Source of the DNA: Campylobacterota bacterium
GTDB taxonomy: Bacteria > Campylobacterota > Campylobacteria > Campylobacterales > Sulfurovaceae
Assembly (NCBI GenBank): GCA_034722955.1
Contig: JAYEOM010000111.1
Coordinates: 1 to 32,574 of the forward strand
Direction: 5' to 3'
DNA length: 32,574 nt
Shown in pieces: positions 30,047-32,574 of this stretch. Under the pieces are notes generated by a model. That model was not told where the DNA came from. It searched no databases and saw only the letters and a list, made by a program, of their open reading frames with translations. Position 1 is the stretch's first letter. Each line of letters opens with the position of its first letter. Both the position numbers and the translations under genes were made by a program.

Positions 30047-30727
30047 TTATCTTTTTCTTCTACTGCGAACTCTACGGGTACTTTTTGTCTCTTTGTTTTT
30101 GGATGTAAAAGCCAAAAGATAGATCTTCCAAACAGCCACCACCATCAACCCATAGGCTATAACTCTCACAAATGATGCTATCACACCATCATACTTCAAA
30201 ACTCCCAATGTGTTGAGTATATAGTGAAAGTCATGATAAGCATCTACACCCAAAAATGATTTGTGTGCAGGGAGGATAGCTCCCTCATGTGCTGTAGAGA
30301 TATACCACGCAGTATTGTGCATAGTAAACCCTGCAAAGTAGACTCCTATCCACATCACTAGATAGTTATGCTTTTTTTTGTAGTAGTAGGCGATACCCAA
30401 CGGAAACATAATCTGAAAGATAGTCCCATTGATAACAGTAAGAAACTGCGGACACGGCAACAGATAACAAACTCCATGCCCACCCTCATGCACTATCCCA
30501 AAGGTTTGATTAGATATAAAAAAGTAGAGGTTAAAGATATTTTGCAGTATAGATGGGTTTTGTACAGGAGGATTACCATAAGGAGCATAGTGAGGAAAGA
30601 GCAACAAAAAGAGTGTAAAGATAAAGAAGATACTCTTCATAGCAAGCGGTGAGACCTCATCACTCTTTGGCTCCTCTTTCTTCTCAAATAGATAGGAGAA
30701 ATCATCTAATCTTTTGTTATTTTTCAT
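30047..30727 (-). CDS. Membrane protein with HExxH (peptidase M50-like)
   Basis: VHEGGHG, several TM segments, YISTA and HDF. Confidence 0.7.
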   Translation of the reverse strand: MKNNKRLDDFSYLFEKKEEPKSDEVSPLAMKSIFFIFTLFLLLFPHYAPYGNPPVQNPSILQNIFNLYFFISNQTFGIVHEGGHGVCYLLPCPQFLTVINGTIFQIMFPLGIAYYYKKKHNYLVMWIGVYFAGFTMHNTAWYISTAHEGAILPAHKSFLGVDAYHDFHYILNTLGVLKYDGVIASFVRVIAYGLMVVAVWKIYLLAFTSKNKETKSTRRVRSRRKR

Positions 30728-30777
30728 ATTTATCCTTTTTTATATGTAAAGATTTTGGTGTTTTTTAACATAGGTAT

Positions 30778-30818
30778 AGAGCTATGGGTAATTATATGTA
30801 CTTTTTACCTATAGCTCT
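30778..30818. terminator. 14-bp inverted repeat downstream of the Abi gene
   Basis: AGAGCTATGGGTAA-13nt-TTACCTATAGCTCT, with one G-T pair. Confidence 0.5.
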
Positions 30819-30908
30819 TTTCTGAGTAATGCAAGCTTTTTTGAGGATTTTTGTGGTTTCTAGGTTTTGATCTACTAGGAGGGATTTTAGGATATATTGG
30901 GTCATTGT

Positions 30909-31499
30909 TTATTCCTCTTTATTTAGTTCTCTAACAAAATTGGCTATCTCACTATCAAAAAAATCAAGAATTTCATAGATATCATCTTCTATCGTAGCAT
31001 AGAGTTCTTTATTGATATTTTCATGATGGAAGACTCTATTTCTGAACTCTCGTATGTGGTTTAGTTTTTTTGAGAGGTTTTTTCTATCTATTTTTTGTAT
31101 ATCTCGTGATGGTAAGTTTGGGAATATTTGTTTAAGATTATTAAATCGCATTTTATTATCATACAGCGTTTTAAATAAACCTGTCCAAAAACCAAATGTC
31201 AATTCTGCTATCAATTTGTCTTTTATTAAAGTGTCATTTTTATCTCTTAGTTTACTTTTGGCGTGATGTATTTTTTCTAACTCTTTTTGATGCAAAAAAT
31301 TTGCTTCATTAATCAACCATCCTCGACCATAAAAGCGTTCATATAAATTATTGATACTATTTCTAAGGGTCACTTCTAAAATAGAAAGAGGTATATAGAG
31401 ATGTTTTGATTTTTGCAAATTTTGCTTATAATCCTCTATATTTTTATATGTAGATAATCGTTCAATTGTTATATATTTATTAATTAAATTTTCATTCAT
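30909..31499 (-). CDS. Abi_2 (AbiD/AbiF-like) HEPN-domain protein
   Basis: ERL..Y, LEVTLRN, ELTFGFW and the HEPN RxxxxH motif RNRVFH; AAGGAG RBS; very AT-rich. Confidence 0.85.
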   Translation of the reverse strand: MNENLINKYITIERLSTYKNIEDYKQNLQKSKHLYIPLSILEVTLRNSINNLYERFYGRGWLINEANFLHQKELEKIHHAKSKLRDKNDTLIKDKLIAELTFGFWTGLFKTLYDNKMRFNNLKQIFPNLPSRDIQKIDRKNLSKKLNHIREFRNRVFHHENINKELYATIEDDIYEILDFFDSEIANFVRELNKEE

Positions 31500-31528
31500 T
31501 TGACACTCCTTTCATTTTTTGGTATAAT
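31500..31528 (+). promoter_or_regulatory. Consensus sigma70 promoter divergent from the Abi gene
   Basis: TTGACA (31500-31505), 17-bp spacer, TATAAT (31523-31528) with extended TG; it overlaps the Abi RBS. Confidence 0.85.
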
Positions 31529-31534
31529 ACAGAC

Positions 31535-31586
31535 GAAATCCCCTCGTAAGCCTGCATCCTTTGAGGTGTCGCTGAGGGTATAGAAG
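31535..31586 (+). ncRNA. Candidate small RNA (putative Abi antitoxin); ends approximate
   Basis: Starts at the predicted TSS and folds CCCTC/GAGGG, AGC/GCT and GCATC/GGTGT with loop CTTTGA. The G-U pairs favour the + strand. No ORF begins here. Confidence 0.55.
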
Positions 31587-32117
31587 TCATACATTTTCCT
31601 CATAAATACTATAAAATCTTGGCGACGAAATATTATCTACCCTATGTTTAGAACTATTCCCTTTAAAATACTTATAAACTAAATCAAGTTGTTTGTTATT
31701 GCTTACATTTTTTATATAGTAATCATCTTCCCAAAATTGGCTATTCTTATTTAGTATTTTATTTATTTCTAATTGGCTTATAAATTTAATAGTTTCCACT
31801 ACAAAAGATAAATTCTTTTTAGGCATCATTAAAAGATGAATATGGTTTGGCATAATTGTATACGCAACTAAATCATAGAGTATCGTATCCTGTGATTTTA
31901 AAAGATTGTGTAACAATAGTAATATATTATTATTTAGATAAGCTCCTTCATTTGAGTCGTCAAGATATTTATCTGCTTGATATTGCTTTATTTTATCGGA
32001 TACATTTGGCTGATTTAAAATTTCATGCAGAGTAGTATCTTCACTATCAATAGTTCTAAAAGTAATAAACTTACAATGTTTATTTACTTCGGCATATGGC
32101 AAATATTTATTTTCCAT
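31587..32117 (-). CDS. Y1/HUH (RAYT-like, IS200 superfamily) transposase-like protein
   Basis: FITFR, YTIMPNHIHLL (HUH), FW...Y and Y..GN. Confidence 0.8.
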   Translation of the reverse strand: MENKYLPYAEVNKHCKFITFRTIDSEDTTLHEILNQPNVSDKIKQYQADKYLDDSNEGAYLNNNILLLLHNLLKSQDTILYDLVAYTIMPNHIHLLMMPKKNLSFVVETIKFISQLEINKILNKNSQFWEDDYYIKNVSNNKQLDLVYKYFKGNSSKHRVDNISSPRFYSIYEENV

Positions 32118-32179
32118 TTAGTTCGTCCCACTTCTTTTTCAGTGCATCATTTTTACCAAAAGCACCTTTTTCGAAGAAT
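32107..32179 (-). pseudogene. C-terminal remnant of an unidentified gene
   Basis: FFEKGAFGKNDALKKKWDELNGK* overlaps the next start codon and has no evident start of its own; it begins at the edge of the RAYT remnant. Confidence 0.4.
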
Positions 32180-32202
32180 AGGTGTCAGATAATAACGATA
32201 AC

Positions 32203-32574
32203 TCACTCCCTGCTCCTCTTAATCACCCCAAACACAGCAGGTTGTGATAACCCTAATACTTTAGCAATCATATGCTGAGAGTACCCTTGTTCATAAGCTT
32301 TGACTATTTTACTGTTTCGTTCTTGTAAGTTTTTTGTATCTCTTAGCATTTTTGTAAGTTTTTCAATATCTGGCTTTTTATCTATATTGGGTGCTTCTAT
32401 CAAAGAAGATGCTTTTTTTAACTCTTGGAACACAGAAATATCTACGGCACTATTGAGCATAGTTTCTATGGCTTGATGGTCACCTCTATGGTTTTCACAT
32501 AGAAGCACATCAACGCTTCAAACTGTTCTTAATCAGAAGCTTCTTTAAGGATGACTCTTTAATCTACCCCTCTA
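32203..32574 (-). pseudogene. RAYT-derived remnant, copy B: internally deleted, C-terminal HTH kept, runs off the window
   Basis: Same stop-containing N-terminal segment as copy A, joined to ...GYSQHMIAKVLGLSQPAV (HTH); the HUH core is missing. Confidence 0.78.

Noticed and set aside
30760..30830. Integron attC site
   Set aside because: TAAC precedes an inverted repeat, but there is no matching GTTRRRY end and no integrase.
1388..31266. Many short alternative-frame or antisense ORFs in the track (e.g. 2843-3223, 9862-10245, 13934-14197, 22425-22775, 25958-26311)
   Set aside because: They lie within well-supported genes and show no recognisable motifs; treated as shadow ORFs.
31573..31580. 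TGAGGGTA shared between the candidate Abi RNA and the 20-bp insert
   Set aside because: An 8-bp match is plausible by chance and does not extend.

Overview
AT-rich Campylobacterota chromosome (Sulfurovum-like, inferred from gene content and extended -10 promoters). Bases 1-19.5 kb are mostly housekeeping: tRNA-Phe, murD, mraY, gpmI, fabG, acpP, fabF, accA, dedA, PAP2 and dbpA. Between fabG and acpP sits an ~8.7 kb copper-handling cluster: response regulator, kinase, OprC/NosA-like TonB receptor, three NosL-like proteins, an ABC transporter and a Cys-rich membrane protein. The middle holds a 116-bp MITE-like element, a GCS2 ligase + M14 peptidase pair, Cache / ADP-ribosylglycohydrolase / CCA-HD genes and a GDSL esterase. 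From ~25.8 kb to the end is a rearranged accessory region with several truncated genes. Three things stand out there. (1) An IS1634-family transposase is broken only by two near-identical 20-bp insertions (CGAGGTACCCCTTGAGGGT-A/G); removing both restores one 559-aa ORF. (2) Two direct copies of a dead RAYT-derived element bracket a ~2.7 kb cargo. (3) In that cargo, a compact Abi_2/HEPN gene has a perfect divergent sigma70 promoter over its RBS, followed by a hairpin that is a candidate RNA antitoxin. All product calls come from motif recognition; no database searches were run.
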